Notes under the pieces: generated by a model
What the model was told of the DNA's origin: nothing
Database searches by the model: none
What the model saw: only the letters and a program-made list of their open reading frames with translations
In this document: one piece after another, positions 18,744 to 27,849 of the stretch
How positions within the stretch are numbered: the first letter of the stretch is position 1
How the letters are laid out: each line of letters opens with the position of its first letter
Position numbers and translations under genes: made by a program
Virus record (IMG/VR): IMGVR_UViG_3300020045_004922
Coordinates: 1-63,067 of that record
Source of the DNA: a virus
Taxonomy: Duplodnaviria; Caudoviricetes
DNA length: 63,067 nucleotides
Direction: 5' to 3' (one strand)

Positions 18744-19264
18744 TTCTTATCTTTCCTTTCTTTCTCCGCTTTGTAAAGATGGCACGAAATACATACCGCT
18801 GGGGTGTAAAATTTAACATCGTCTGCTTCATCTCCAGTATCTGTGTTTCCCTTAAGGGCATCAAGAGAGGCTAGCTGTTCTAATAACTTATTCTGTTTTA
18901 CCGGATCTGTTTCCCTCATTATATTAGATGTCATTAGCCTCCTAATGTCTCCCTTTGTCATTTGACCGTCTTCTCCTGTAGCGAAATCAGAATCAAAAGT
19001 TGTGGATGTGCCACTCGCAGCTTTATTCTTTTCTGCAACATAGCTTAATAGCACGGTTTGAATATACGCCACCACTTGAGGTCTTTTTGACATATTAGAT
19101 GCAAGCATTCTTCGCTGAGAATCGTCTTTTAGTTTTGAATCCTTGAAACAAACTCTGTGTGCGGCGCTCTGTGTCCAAAGTCCAGATGCTATAAGGGTTG
19201 CAAAAGCCCTTTCTTCGTCTGATATTTCTATTTGGTTTACTTTTTTATTTGGTGATATGCCCAT
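18740..19264 (-). CDS. Putative terminase small subunit (HTH)
   Basis: EERAFATLIASG..QSAAHRVCF...LASNMSKRPQVVAYI resembles TerS N-termini; no other TerS candidate seen. Confidence 0.5.
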   Translation of the reverse strand: MGISPNKKVNQIEISDEERAFATLIASGLWTQSAAHRVCFKDSKLKDDSQRRMLASNMSKRPQVVAYIQTVLLSYVAEKNKAASGTSTTFDSDFATGEDGQMTKGDIRRLMTSNIMRETDPVKQNKLLEQLASLDALKGNTDTGDEADDVKFYTPAVCISCHLYKAEKERKDKK

Positions 19265-19270
19265 ATTTGC

Positions 19271-19489
19271 TTAATATATTACTGGAGTTACTATAATTTC
19301 TAACTTAAATATCTCATGCCTATTCTTTTGTAAATTGTATTTATCTAAGAAAAGCAAGCAGTGTTCTGCTGATAGGAATTTATACGCATTTTCAAAGTAC
19401 TCTGAATATATAATATCAGATCCGTCTCTATAATCTAAATCAATCCATTTTTCAAACTCAACACTTCTTATAACAAATTTATTTTTCAT
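19271..19489 (-). CDS. Hypothetical protein
   Basis: 72 aa. Confidence 0.5.
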   Translation of the reverse strand: MKNKFVIRSVEFEKWIDLDYRDGSDIIYSEYFENAYKFLSAEHCLLFLDKYNLQKNRHEIFKLEIIVTPVIY

Positions 19490-19501
19490 ATTTACATATT
19501 T

Positions 19502-21037
19502 TTACGGGCACTCATCGCCCTCAAATTTAATTTCTTTTTGCCCTGATTCCACTTCCTCCTTAGTCTCTTCCGACTCTTCCTCAAAGCATCCAACAACATA
19601 CCCATCATATCCGCAATACTTAGCTAGCTCCATCTCCCCCATTTGGGTCTGCTCTCCTAAACATATAACCTTTATCAAAGACTCATCTGGAGCGCAAAAA
19701 ATAGTAAAATAATTTCCGGCCGAACTGGGAGTATGCTTATAACCCCTAGATACTAGCTTTTCTCTAAATGACTTCGAGCTAAATGCCTTGTAATTATTTA
19801 CAGAGCAGTAATCGCAATACGCTTTATAAATGTCGCGCTGAAGCATTCTCGACGAAGCGTGTCCTGTAAATCTTTCGGTTCCGAAATATCTATACTCTTT
19901 TAAGAATAGTAGTGCTGAATTTGAGGATGTTTCGTATTCATGGGAAGATTGTTTGGCATTATCCGACTCTGTAAATTTGAAGTCATTATTGATCATTCTA
20001 GTGCGACCTTCAATTATCCAGTTAAAAATACCGGAATACTCACCCTGAAGTTTTGAAGATAAATTTTTATCTCTATCTTGTTCGCGTATTGTCACTCCAA
20101 AAGTTAATACCTTGAATCTCCTAAAGAATCCCTGTGAGTCGTCTGTAGTGTCCGGCAGTGCATTAGCATTTGCCATCATTAACGGAATGTCTTTCGCAAC
20201 ATATGAGTCCTTGTAAAGCTGCCGTGCAGGAGTTTCTTCTCCACTTATTAATGCCTTAACTTTTTTACCATTAAGCTCCTTTTTTCCAAGCTCTGAATTA
20301 TAATTAAGCAATTTGCCATCAATAGAAGCCATATTCTCTGCCGATTTTCCTCCCACCAAGTCCTCGATAGGAGTAAAGCTTATATTCGCTTCTCCCAAAA
20401 TTCCTTTGATTGTTTGGAATACAACCGATTTTCCATTGGAGCCGCCACCAAGAAGTATTAACATTTCCTCCAATGATGTTTTGTGTCTATCGATGAAAAT
20501 TAGTCCTAAGTATTCTTGCAGAACCATTCTGCTTTCTAGTTCTGGTAAAACTTGTTCTAGAAACTTAATCCACCTTGGACATTTTGCATCCGGTTCGAAT
20601 TTATACCCAACCATACTAAGGACGTGTAGCTTTCTACTCGGAGGAGAAAGTTTCCCAGAGTCCAAATCAAGCACTCCATTTAAGAAAGATAACATTCGCT
20701 TCGATGGATGCAGTTCTTTTCGACTGCTTTCTCTCATTGACTTGCTAAGAAGAATATGTCCCCTGCCGTTAATATCGGCGTCCGAAACTCCAAATTCTTC
20801 CATAGAGTCGAAAAGAGCCAGCCGAACATCCTTTTCAGATACCTCAGAATATATTTTCCCATTAAACCAGTAAATGCAGCCTTTATATGAGTGCAAACTA
20901 GTCTCCGCGACTATATCACCGAAATATCGCGACAAAGAGCCACATCTTTCATCCTTTGGAGCTCCAGAAGAAATTGCCGAGCGTATTCTAACCTCAAATG
21001 GTTTTGAAAGTTCGATAATTTCATCTTTTAGCGTCAT
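19502..21037 (-). CDS. D5/P4-type SF3 replicative helicase with C-terminal winged helix
   Basis: FLNGVLDL, AKCPRWIKFLEQV, Walker A GGGSNGKS, KALISGE...ARQLYK, GFFRRF. Confidence 0.9.
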   Translation of the reverse strand: MTLKDEIIELSKPFEVRIRSAISSGAPKDERCGSLSRYFGDIVAETSLHSYKGCIYWFNGKIYSEVSEKDVRLALFDSMEEFGVSDADINGRGHILLSKSMRESSRKELHPSKRMLSFLNGVLDLDSGKLSPPSRKLHVLSMVGYKFEPDAKCPRWIKFLEQVLPELESRMVLQEYLGLIFIDRHKTSLEEMLILLGGGSNGKSVVFQTIKGILGEANISFTPIEDLVGGKSAENMASIDGKLLNYNSELGKKELNGKKVKALISGEETPARQLYKDSYVAKDIPLMMANANALPDTTDDSQGFFRRFKVLTFGVTIREQDRDKNLSSKLQGEYSGIFNWIIEGRTRMINNDFKFTESDNAKQSSHEYETSSNSALLFLKEYRYFGTERFTGHASSRMLQRDIYKAYCDYCSVNNYKAFSSKSFREKLVSRGYKHTPSSAGNYFTIFCAPDESLIKVICLGEQTQMGEMELAKYCGYDGYVVGCFEEESEETKEEVESGQKEIKFEGDECP

Positions 21038-21239
21038 GTGTTAGTGGTCTAAAGAAAGTTGTAGTGAATATTTTAGTTTTCTCGGCGGTTCCTATTGTGA
21101 CGTGCTTGTATGGCAATTGGACAGAGGCAAGACTTAGCTGTTTGTAGCTCAAATAGCCGTCTAGCGTGTACCAAATATTTCCGTGGTCATCTAGGATTGA
21201 GTCGGAAGTAAGGATTGTGAATGTTTTGATCAGATGCAC
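21021..21239 (-). CDS. Hypothetical protein
   Basis: 72 aa overlapping both neighbours. Confidence 0.45.
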   Translation of the reverse strand: MHLIKTFTILTSDSILDDHGNIWYTLDGYLSYKQLSLASVQLPYKHVTIGTAEKTKIFTTTFFRPLTHDAKR

Positions 21240-21709
21240 TTTTCTAAAATTTTGTAAGCGTTATGGTATTTAACCAATCTCTCAATATCTTTTTCAGTTA
21301 TTTCTGATAGCCTAGTTATGTCCATATTGTCTAGCAAATCAGCAAGCTTTATTCGAGAAGCAAGTTTATTTTCTGATATTCTTTTTATATAAGACTCCAA
21401 ATATGGTTCATTTTTGGCTTTAGTAAGAATAACAACCAACTCAACTACCTCTTTTGGAAAAATAAAAGATAATGAAGTTTCATTCCATTCTGGACAATCT
21501 TCTAATAAATCATGCAAAATAGCTGCTGAATTAAGAAAATCATTGTTTTCTACTTTAGTAATTCCGATATGCTTATAACACCCCTCGCACACCCTATATA
21601 AATGACTAAAGTAGTCTTTTCCAGCCCTATCAATCTTCCCTGAAAAAGCCTTCTCTGCCAACTCGAACGCTGCCGCGTACATTAATCCTGTATTTTCGTA
21701 TTCTATCAT
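21230..21709 (-). CDS. Stand-alone RelA/SpoT-type HD hydrolase
   Basis: DRAGKDYFSHL..V, AAILHDLLED, IKLADLLDN motifs. Confidence 0.8.
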   Translation of the reverse strand: MIEYENTGLMYAAAFELAEKAFSGKIDRAGKDYFSHLYRVCEGCYKHIGITKVENNDFLNSAAILHDLLEDCPEWNETSLSFIFPKEVVELVVILTKAKNEPYLESYIKRISENKLASRIKLADLLDNMDITRLSEITEKDIERLVKYHNAYKILEKCI

Positions 21710-21746
21710 TTTTTCTAATTTTTCAACAAAGATAATACATTTTTAC

Positions 21747-22052
21747 TTATAAACAAAACTTTTTTGCGTATAAATCCTCTAATATTTCTGAATTAACGTT
21801 ATAAATATATTCTTTAGGTGTAATTCCGGTTGATAAAGTCTTTGAAAAACACTCTCCTTTTAGAATAATAAATGCCGTATATGATATTCCCCAGTCCCAT
21901 TCTCGGATGCGAACATTTACTCTAGTTCCAATTTCGTATTTAACTCCAACTCCGTTAACGTTTTTAGACAGCCAAACTTCTTCCGTGAGTGTCTTTTTGG
22001 CATAACGTATGTTGTCGTGGAGTAGGGTGTGTTTTGGGTAGGCTAGGGTCAT
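21747..22052 (-). CDS. Hypothetical protein
   Basis: 101 aa. Confidence 0.5.
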   Translation of the reverse strand: MTLAYPKHTLLHDNIRYAKKTLTEEVWLSKNVNGVGVKYEIGTRVNVRIREWDWGISYTAFIILKGECFSKTLSTGITPKEYIYNVNSEILEDLYAKKFCL

Positions 22053-22324
22053 GATTTGCGCTGTTCGATAAATTTTTCAAAAAGCTGCTCTGGAGAATAA
22101 TATTTATCTCCAAATTTAAAATAAGCAATCGAATGTTTGCAGCAATTATCTAAAATAAAATACGAAAATGCAATCGCTAAATTTTTAAGCTCATATTCTG
22201 CAAAACTTACACCGCGCCTAAACGATGCGGAAGAAAATTCGTTAATACCATAAACAGAAGTTATAATAGCTTTAGTCTGTCTTTCTTCGTTAATAATATT
22301 ATCTTCACTAATTAATCTTTTCAT
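22049..22324 (-). CDS. Hypothetical protein
   Basis: 91 aa, coupled overlaps. Confidence 0.55.
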   Translation of the reverse strand: MKRLISEDNIINEERQTKAIITSVYGINEFSSASFRRGVSFAEYELKNLAIAFSYFILDNCCKHSIAYFKFGDKYYSPEQLFEKFIEQRKS

Positions 22325-22518
22325 AACAATTCTTTTTTAAGTTTTTCAATATCTTCCTCGCTCCAATAATAAACTCTAAAGCCGCCAATGGTTTCACGCT
22401 TATATTCTTTATGCATTCCAAAAGACTCAGCATATTCACCAAGCTCTCTAGCTGTAATTTTTATTTTATATTCGCGCTTTAGCATTGATGCTACTTCGGT
22501 ACTAGGTATTTTGGTCAT
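22321..22518 (-). CDS. Small MerR/Xis-like DNA-binding protein
   Basis: STEVASML...ITARELGEYAE...GGFRVYYWSEEDIEKLK. Confidence 0.45.
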   Translation of the reverse strand: MTKIPSTEVASMLKREYKIKITARELGEYAESFGMHKEYKRETIGGFRVYYWSEEDIEKLKKELL

Positions 22519-22709
22519 TACACAATTTGGTTTTTGGTGTCTAAGATTGACTTTTCATCAATAGAGCCGTATTCATTTACTTCTGCGCTTTTATAACATT
22601 CTATAATAACCTTATTACAGGCTTCTAGCATTACAGAATATATCCTAGAATTTACATGAGCTCCTGTGTGATTAAAAAATATTAAGTCTAAATTAATTTC
22701 TTCCATCTT
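22518..22709 (-). CDS. Hypothetical protein (paralog pair member)
   Basis: MEEINL...MLEACNKVI; track ORF 22518..22712. Confidence 0.5.
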   Translation of the reverse strand, partial: KMEEINLDLIFFNHTGAHVNSRIYSVMLEACNKVIIECYKSAEVNEYGSIDEKSILDTKNQIV

Positions 22710-22738
22710 CAAATTCTTTTAGCTTTACACAAAATTGC

Positions 22739-22909
22739 TCAATGGGAAATATTTAATTCAGCATTATCGGCACACAACTTAACAGCCTGATTACATGCTT
22801 CTTTCATAATGTCAAAGATGCACTGCTTTTGATTATCGTCTATATCATAAAGACAATTATTATAAAACGCTTTTGCTTCAAAAATATCCTGTAAATTAAT
22901 TTCTTCCAT
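22739..22909 (-). CDS. Hypothetical protein, 56 aa, paralog of downstream gene
   Basis: Not in track; MEEINLQDIF...MKEACNQAVKLCADNAELNISH. Confidence 0.5.
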   Translation of the reverse strand: MEEINLQDIFEAKAFYNNCLYDIDDNQKQCIFDIMKEACNQAVKLCADNAELNISH

Positions 22910-23041
22910 AATATTCATCTATTTTAGTTTTTAAACTTGCTTTAAACTCTTCTCTCTTTAAATCACGCCTTTTTACATGTCCGGTATGCGTTATTTCTCC
23001 GACTTTAAGTTCTTTCTTTTGTCGGCGATATGGGATTTGTC

Positions 23042-23241
23042 CTAACATGATCCGTACTTATAGGAGCTAAATCCTTCATATTCGTTTGGAATAAAGCTGA
23101 GTTCTTCTAATAATATTATATCTTCTTCAGATACTAATTCTGGAGATATAGATACCATTAATTCATCGTGAGAACAATTTGTAGGGTAATTTGGATTTCC
23201 ATACTTTAAGAAAATTTGCAATGCTTTAATTAAGTCTTCCA
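23042..23241 (-). CDS. Conserved small phage protein
   Basis: MEDLIKALQIFLKYGNPNYPTNCSHDEL...YGSC; track ORF 23042..23299, internal ATG preferred (start approximate). Confidence 0.6.
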
Positions 23242-23353
23242 TATTATTTGTTTTTAAAAAGTTAGTTGCGCAAGACACCATTATCTTGCCACTCAACAAA
23301 AGTACGCAAAAGATTTTTCACTGGCAAGGAATTAAACATTATTTAAAGATTAT

Positions 23354-23761
23354 TCACCTTACTTCGTATTCCATTGGAAGTATTATATTTTCAGAAATCC
23401 ATGGCTTAAGAAGTAAGAATAATCCTCTTATCTCATCTGTTCTATATCCGGCCAAGCTGCTACCTATTTTTACCACATAGAACTTTTTGTCTAAATTTTT
23501 ATTCGCATATAAAACAAAGTCCTGAACTTCTTTGCCTATTTCTCGAAGGGTAGAAGATTTTTCTACCCTCCAGTTCTTTTTTGTTATTATGGCATAAGAC
23601 CGCCCTTGTATACCTCTTGGATTTCCTTGTATAGCTCCAAAATATTTCTTTGCAGTTAATGCTGCACCTTTCCCATGGACTCCGTCTACGTTGCTTCCAA
23701 AAACAAATATGCATCCTGTTGGAAGAGACGTTATATTCTCTGGCGTATATTCCCTACTCAC
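23354..23761 (-). CDS. Macro-fold-like phage protein
   Basis: YTPENITSL...IFVFGSN..G.HG.GAA..A...FGA..G...G..G.SYAI.T...IGS.LAGY; GTG start at 23761 overlaps the upstream stop. Confidence 0.7.
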   Translation of the reverse strand: MSREYTPENITSLPTGCIFVFGSNVDGVHGKGAALTAKKYFGAIQGNPRGIQGRSYAIITKKNWRVEKSSTLREIGKEVQDFVLYANKNLDKKFYVVKIGSSLAGYRTDEIRGLFLLLKPWISENIILPMEYEVR

Positions 23762-24389
23762 ATTTACATCCTTTCTCATTCCACTTCTTGCTACCGACTC
23801 CATCCACAATAGCATAAAAACCACTGTTGTCAAAAGTCCGGCGGAATCCCAAATTAGAAACTGTTCGCCTAAACTCTCCAATAGATACTTGCTCTTCGCA
23901 CCCAAGAACGTACTCCCGATAAGCCGACCGGAAAAGCACTTCCATCCCATCATCCGAAGAGGCTGACTCATATCCACCTTCTCGTAAAAACTTCTCAACG
24001 CTACCCATCTCTGACTCAGCCAAAACTTCTCCGCCATCCAAAGCCACTATCGCCCCTTTTAAGACCATATCTATGACCTCTGATACATCTACTCCACTTT
24101 CACGAGAAAGTATCGTAGCTAGGCTCTCAGGCGGCAAATTGTACCATCCGTTGAGTAGCGAACTATTAGCGAACTCTGAAGTAAGTCGAGAATGCAGTCC
24201 CAAGAACGCCCCTGTCCTAATCCATCCTATCAAATCTAGTCGATAAGGAATGAGGCGAGACAGTTGCCCGTATCTCATTCGCGGGTTATTTGTAGTAGAA
24301 GTTCCAATTAATACATGATTCGTGTCGTGTATTCTGAAGAAGAAGACACATCCGTTTACTCCGTCTTCTGTTTTTTTGTATGTTGGCAT
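23754..24389 (-). CDS. T5orf172/GIY-YIG-like domain + winged-helix protein
   Basis: GCVFFFR...VLIGTS...PRMRY..L...LHSRL...NGWYNL; paralog of 25511..26122. Confidence 0.65.
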   Translation of the reverse strand: MPTYKKTEDGVNGCVFFFRIHDTNHVLIGTSTTNNPRMRYGQLSRLIPYRLDLIGWIRTGAFLGLHSRLTSEFANSSLLNGWYNLPPESLATILSRESGVDVSEVIDMVLKGAIVALDGGEVLAESEMGSVEKFLREGGYESASSDDGMEVLFRSAYREYVLGCEEQVSIGEFRRTVSNLGFRRTFDNSGFYAIVDGVGSKKWNEKGCKCE

Positions 24390-24391
24390 GG

Positions 24392-24772
24392 TTATAAATA
24401 CTTTTCGTTAATCAATCGCATTTGATGTCTCCAAATTTTATCAGTAATACTTTGCGATTGATGATGGTTTTTTGTTATATTATTCATTCTTTCTATTTGA
24501 TAACTTTCTATTGCATCAAATTGTTTTGTTAAATAAAACTTATAGTAAAATGATATTTGAAAATATTTATTTATTGATCCAATAATAAAGCGAAAAAGAT
24601 TAATGCATAGTTGTATTAGAAATAAAATAGATCCAATTCCAATAAGAAGAATCCAATAAGAAATCAAAAATATCTTTCCTTTTGAGCTATAGTCAGAAAG
24701 GCTGCCTTCGTTCACATAATATCCAGTGACGAGCGCGTTTAAAATCAAGCAAATGTAAATTAAGTGTATCAT
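24392..24772 (-). CDS. Membrane protein
   Basis: Two hydrophobic segments. Confidence 0.55.
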   Translation of the reverse strand: MIHLIYICLILNALVTGYYVNEGSLSDYSSKGKIFLISYWILLIGIGSILFLIQLCINLFRFIIGSINKYFQISFYYKFYLTKQFDAIESYQIERMNNITKNHHQSQSITDKIWRHQMRLINEKYL

Positions 24773-25104
24773 AAGTTTTTATATTTTTCGTCGTGAATAG
24801 TTCCGATAATTTTTAAATTTTCGTCAACAAGGCATTCTGTAACCGCATACATAAACTCTCTCACTCTCACTACTTCTGGATTTGGATATCCATATCCATA
24901 GGCTCCTGACACGATATCTCCTTCAAAAATAAACCTATCATAAGGATCGGTAGCTACTAGCATCTCGATTTCATATCTTTCTCCAGTATTATGCCAAGTC
25001 GTATCGTAAGTATCGAGTAGTTGCCCTTCCATAGATAAAAGAAATCTTGTTGACGTGACGTAATATCCCGCTTCGCTGTCGTAAATTCTAAATTTTGGTG
25101 TCAT
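24769..25104 (-). CDS. YopX-family protein
   Basis: KFRIYD...IFEGDIV...IIGTIHD. Confidence 0.7.
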   Translation of the reverse strand: MTPKFRIYDSEAGYYVTSTRFLLSMEGQLLDTYDTTWHNTGERYEIEMLVATDPYDRFIFEGDIVSGAYGYGYPNPEVVRVREFMYAVTECLVDENLKIIGTIHDEKYKNL

Positions 25105-25105
25105 G

Positions 25106-25444
25106 TTATTTTCTTTCTATTGGTCTCCATTCTACAATATCTAGTATTTCACAATCATGCTCATCTACCCAATCTACGAAGTTGAATCCGTCCATAAACC
25201 CAGAGTAAACTCTACACTTAGTCCAATCTCCATTTTTAAATTTGCCGATGACAAATTCGCTTCTTAGACCATCGAAATTTCCACTTTCAAAGGCAATAGG
25301 CAATTCTTTTTCTATCGGAATCCACCGTTGTGCAAGCTCTACACCAGAGTTAAACCCTTCATTGAATGCCCATGTATTACCTATTATACTTGTTGGAGTA
25401 TTATATGGATTCACGCTATTCCTAATTTCTTCTATTGTTTTCAT
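25106..25444 (-). CDS. DUF551-like protein
   Basis: RWIPIEKELP...IVEWRPI. Confidence 0.65.
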   Translation of the reverse strand: MKTIEEIRNSVNPYNTPTSIIGNTWAFNEGFNSGVELAQRWIPIEKELPIAFESGNFDGLRSEFVIGKFKNGDWTKCRVYSGFMDGFNFVDWVDEHDCEILDIVEWRPIERK

Positions 25445-25510
25445 ATCATTTTTGTTTTTAAGCCGGAGTTGGGGATGAGGCGATGTTGTTTGATTTCTTC
25501 CATATTTCTT

Positions 25511-26122
25511 CTAGTTTTTTACGTCTGAATTTTCCCATGCCACATAACATTCTCCGTCATAATTATGTTTTGACTTAAATCCAAGTCTAGTCATAGATCG
25601 CTTGAAGTCTATCCTTCTATTATCTTCTCCGGTGAATACATTATACTCCAAATGCAGTCTTTTATGTGAAAATTCTACTGCATTAGCCTTTGATATTGGA
25701 GTTTTTATAGGAGAAACGTTTTTCGTATTCATAAAGTTTGATACTACCGCGTCCTCTACCGATAGGTTTGTCGATTCACTTGGATCAAATATTAAACTTT
25801 TTGCGTAAGAAGCCTCAAATTTATTCCTAGCCTCGATGTATGCAACTGTTCCATGAATTAATATTTCATTCTCAACGTCTTCTTCTGTAATGTCAAACCA
25901 TTCACCAGCTAGTCTTTTAGAAACATATTTTTTATGCAGTGCTGATTCAAGACTAGATGCATCTTTTGATACTATGCATCCTAAAATTTCAGCCCCAAAA
26001 GGAGAATACGTTTTCATTGTCTCGAACCTAGAAGCTGGAGTTTCATTATTTGAGTATCCAATCTTAATAGGAGTCATTCCCTTGTGTCTGAAAAAATAAA
26101 CACAGCCTTTAATTTCTTTCAT
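25511..26122 (-). CDS. T5orf172/GIY-YIG-like domain + winged-helix protein
   Basis: GCVYFFR...IKIGYS...RF..MKTYSP...LESALHKKY...RLAGEWF. Confidence 0.75.
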   Translation of the reverse strand: MKEIKGCVYFFRHKGMTPIKIGYSNNETPASRFETMKTYSPFGAEILGCIVSKDASSLESALHKKYVSKRLAGEWFDITEEDVENEILIHGTVAYIEARNKFEASYAKSLIFDPSESTNLSVEDAVVSNFMNTKNVSPIKTPISKANAVEFSHKRLHLEYNVFTGEDNRRIDFKRSMTRLGFKSKHNYDGECYVAWENSDVKN

Positions 26123-26129
26123 AATTTTT

Positions 26130-26246
26130 AAAACAAAAAGAGTCGATAATCAAAGACCGCCATCTTATCATATCAACTCTTGTGTAGCCGAAGCTAATTT
26201 CTTTTTACTCTTGGCGGAGAGCGTTTAATTTTATTTTGCAAAGATA
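26130..26246 (-). promoter_or_regulatory. Promoter and structured 5' leader (attenuator-like) of the leftward operon
   Basis: -7 box TATCTTTG at 26239-26246; UUCG hairpin; terminator-like hairpin whose loop TGGCGG complements upstream CCGCCA. Confidence 0.6.
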
Positions 26247-26249
26247 CGA

Positions 26250-27280
26250 CAATAAATCGGAATAATAAAATTATTTCATCATTTATTTTAAAATAGGCAA
26301 GACTGTGTTATTTTGAACCATATATGTTATGGTATGTTAATAAATGTTAAGAAAATAGTAACATACTGATAATAAAGTATATATTATTTTCTTAACATGA
26401 AATTATACCCCTATTTCAATAAGTTTTTCTAGCATTCGGTAGTTACCCTAAATCTGGGTAACTCCTCGTTTTCATGTGACTTTATGAATATTATATGTTT
26501 TCCTCATAGTTTATATATATTAACAAATAAGTATATATATACCAGACAGTTACAGATTATGTTAATAATACATGTTTTATTCTTTTTTCCGGTTAACTTA
26601 TGTATTCTTAATTAATTTATATTTATGATTATATATTATATTGTCTTTTCCACCCCAAACTTTACAAATCATGGATTTAGAATATACAGAATATAGAGCC
26701 TAAAAAAGTTAATAAAAAATTTTTTATAATAAAAAAAATTATACCGCTACCCGATAACGATGCAAATTCTTAAAATTAACATACGGGGGTGTACCCTATT
26801 GATTATCAACTAACTAGACAATTTATAAACACTTTGCGTATTCGTAATAATATATTAGTATAAAAATTTGGTGTTGATTATAAACGTTTTAGTGTTTTTG
26901 TTTATAGTAAATAGGTGTGATATGATATTCTTTGTCAAGTACTCGGATCATTTTACTTGACTCAATCCCCCCAGTCTTACCCTGTTAAGCAAATTAGTGT
27001 ATTAGTGACCTAGTACACTCAATTATGTGATATAAATCACACTTTTGATGAGCGACCGTTCATAACTACGAAAAACTCGTAATACTACGAAACTTTCGTA
27101 ATAGACTATAAGTTAAACATTTACTTCAAACATTACATTTTATTACATTATTAGATAGGATATTAAGGTGCGTTTTATATAGATATTTTCTATAATATAC
27201 CAGATTGATATAGATATTCTCTATGTATATAGTTAATAGTAGTTAAAGTTTATTTCTCACCGCTTGTTTATCCAAATACT
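26250..27280. other. AT-rich non-coding control region (possible origin or packaging region)
   Basis: About 1 kb without ORFs at the point where transcription diverges; several palindromes. Confidence 0.5.
27065..27102. repeat. Tandem 19-bp repeat, each unit palindromic (TACGA-N5-TCGTA)
   Basis: ACTACGAAAAACTCGTAAT / ACTACGAAACTTTCGTAAT. Confidence 0.8.
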
Positions 27281-27655
27281 TTTATTTACTTTGCAGTTCA
27301 AAAGTTCAAACAGAACATTATTAGTATTAACAATTAATAAGTCCTACGGGCAAACACAATGTAATTGAATAGCACACATCTGATACGTTCAGATAATAAA
27401 GAAAACTAACATATAGATAAAAGAAAAGAGCCTACCATCGTATATATGTTAGGCTCTTTATTGTTCAATAAAGATTTGTGTTAAAGTTTAATTAATATGC
27501 ATTGTATTACGAAATAAACACTATATATTTGCATCGAATATAAACCAATAAATAATATGGAAACCTTGTACTGTCAATATTAATTAGTATCTTTGCATTG
27601 TATTTGCACTTGATGTATAATACCTGGCTGGTCTCAGTGCCGCAAATGAGATATT

Positions 27656-27691
27656 AAAAGAGTAATCATTAATTTGGTTACTCTTTTTTTT
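27656..27691 (+). terminator. Intrinsic terminator
   Basis: AAAAGAGTAATCA-TTAATT-TGGTTACTCTTTT followed by a T-run. Confidence 0.7.
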
Positions 27692-27849
27692 ATGCACACT
27701 TTCCAACCCTTATCAATTATGCAAAACTAGCGCAATTGTAAACAAACATTAAATCTTTCTTAATAAAACTTAAAGCTATATTTTATTCCAAAACTTTACT
27801 ATATATTTGCAGTGTCATTCAATTAAGGGTGACAGAAAAACTAAATATT

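Noticed and set aside
10661-21037. Inteins or self-splicing introns in terL, portal or helicase
   Set aside because: Lengths are ordinary and motifs are contiguous.
23762-24037. N-terminal 92 aa of track ORF 23354..24037
   Set aside because: It overlaps the 23754..24389 gene in another frame; the recognisable domain begins at the GTG at 23761.
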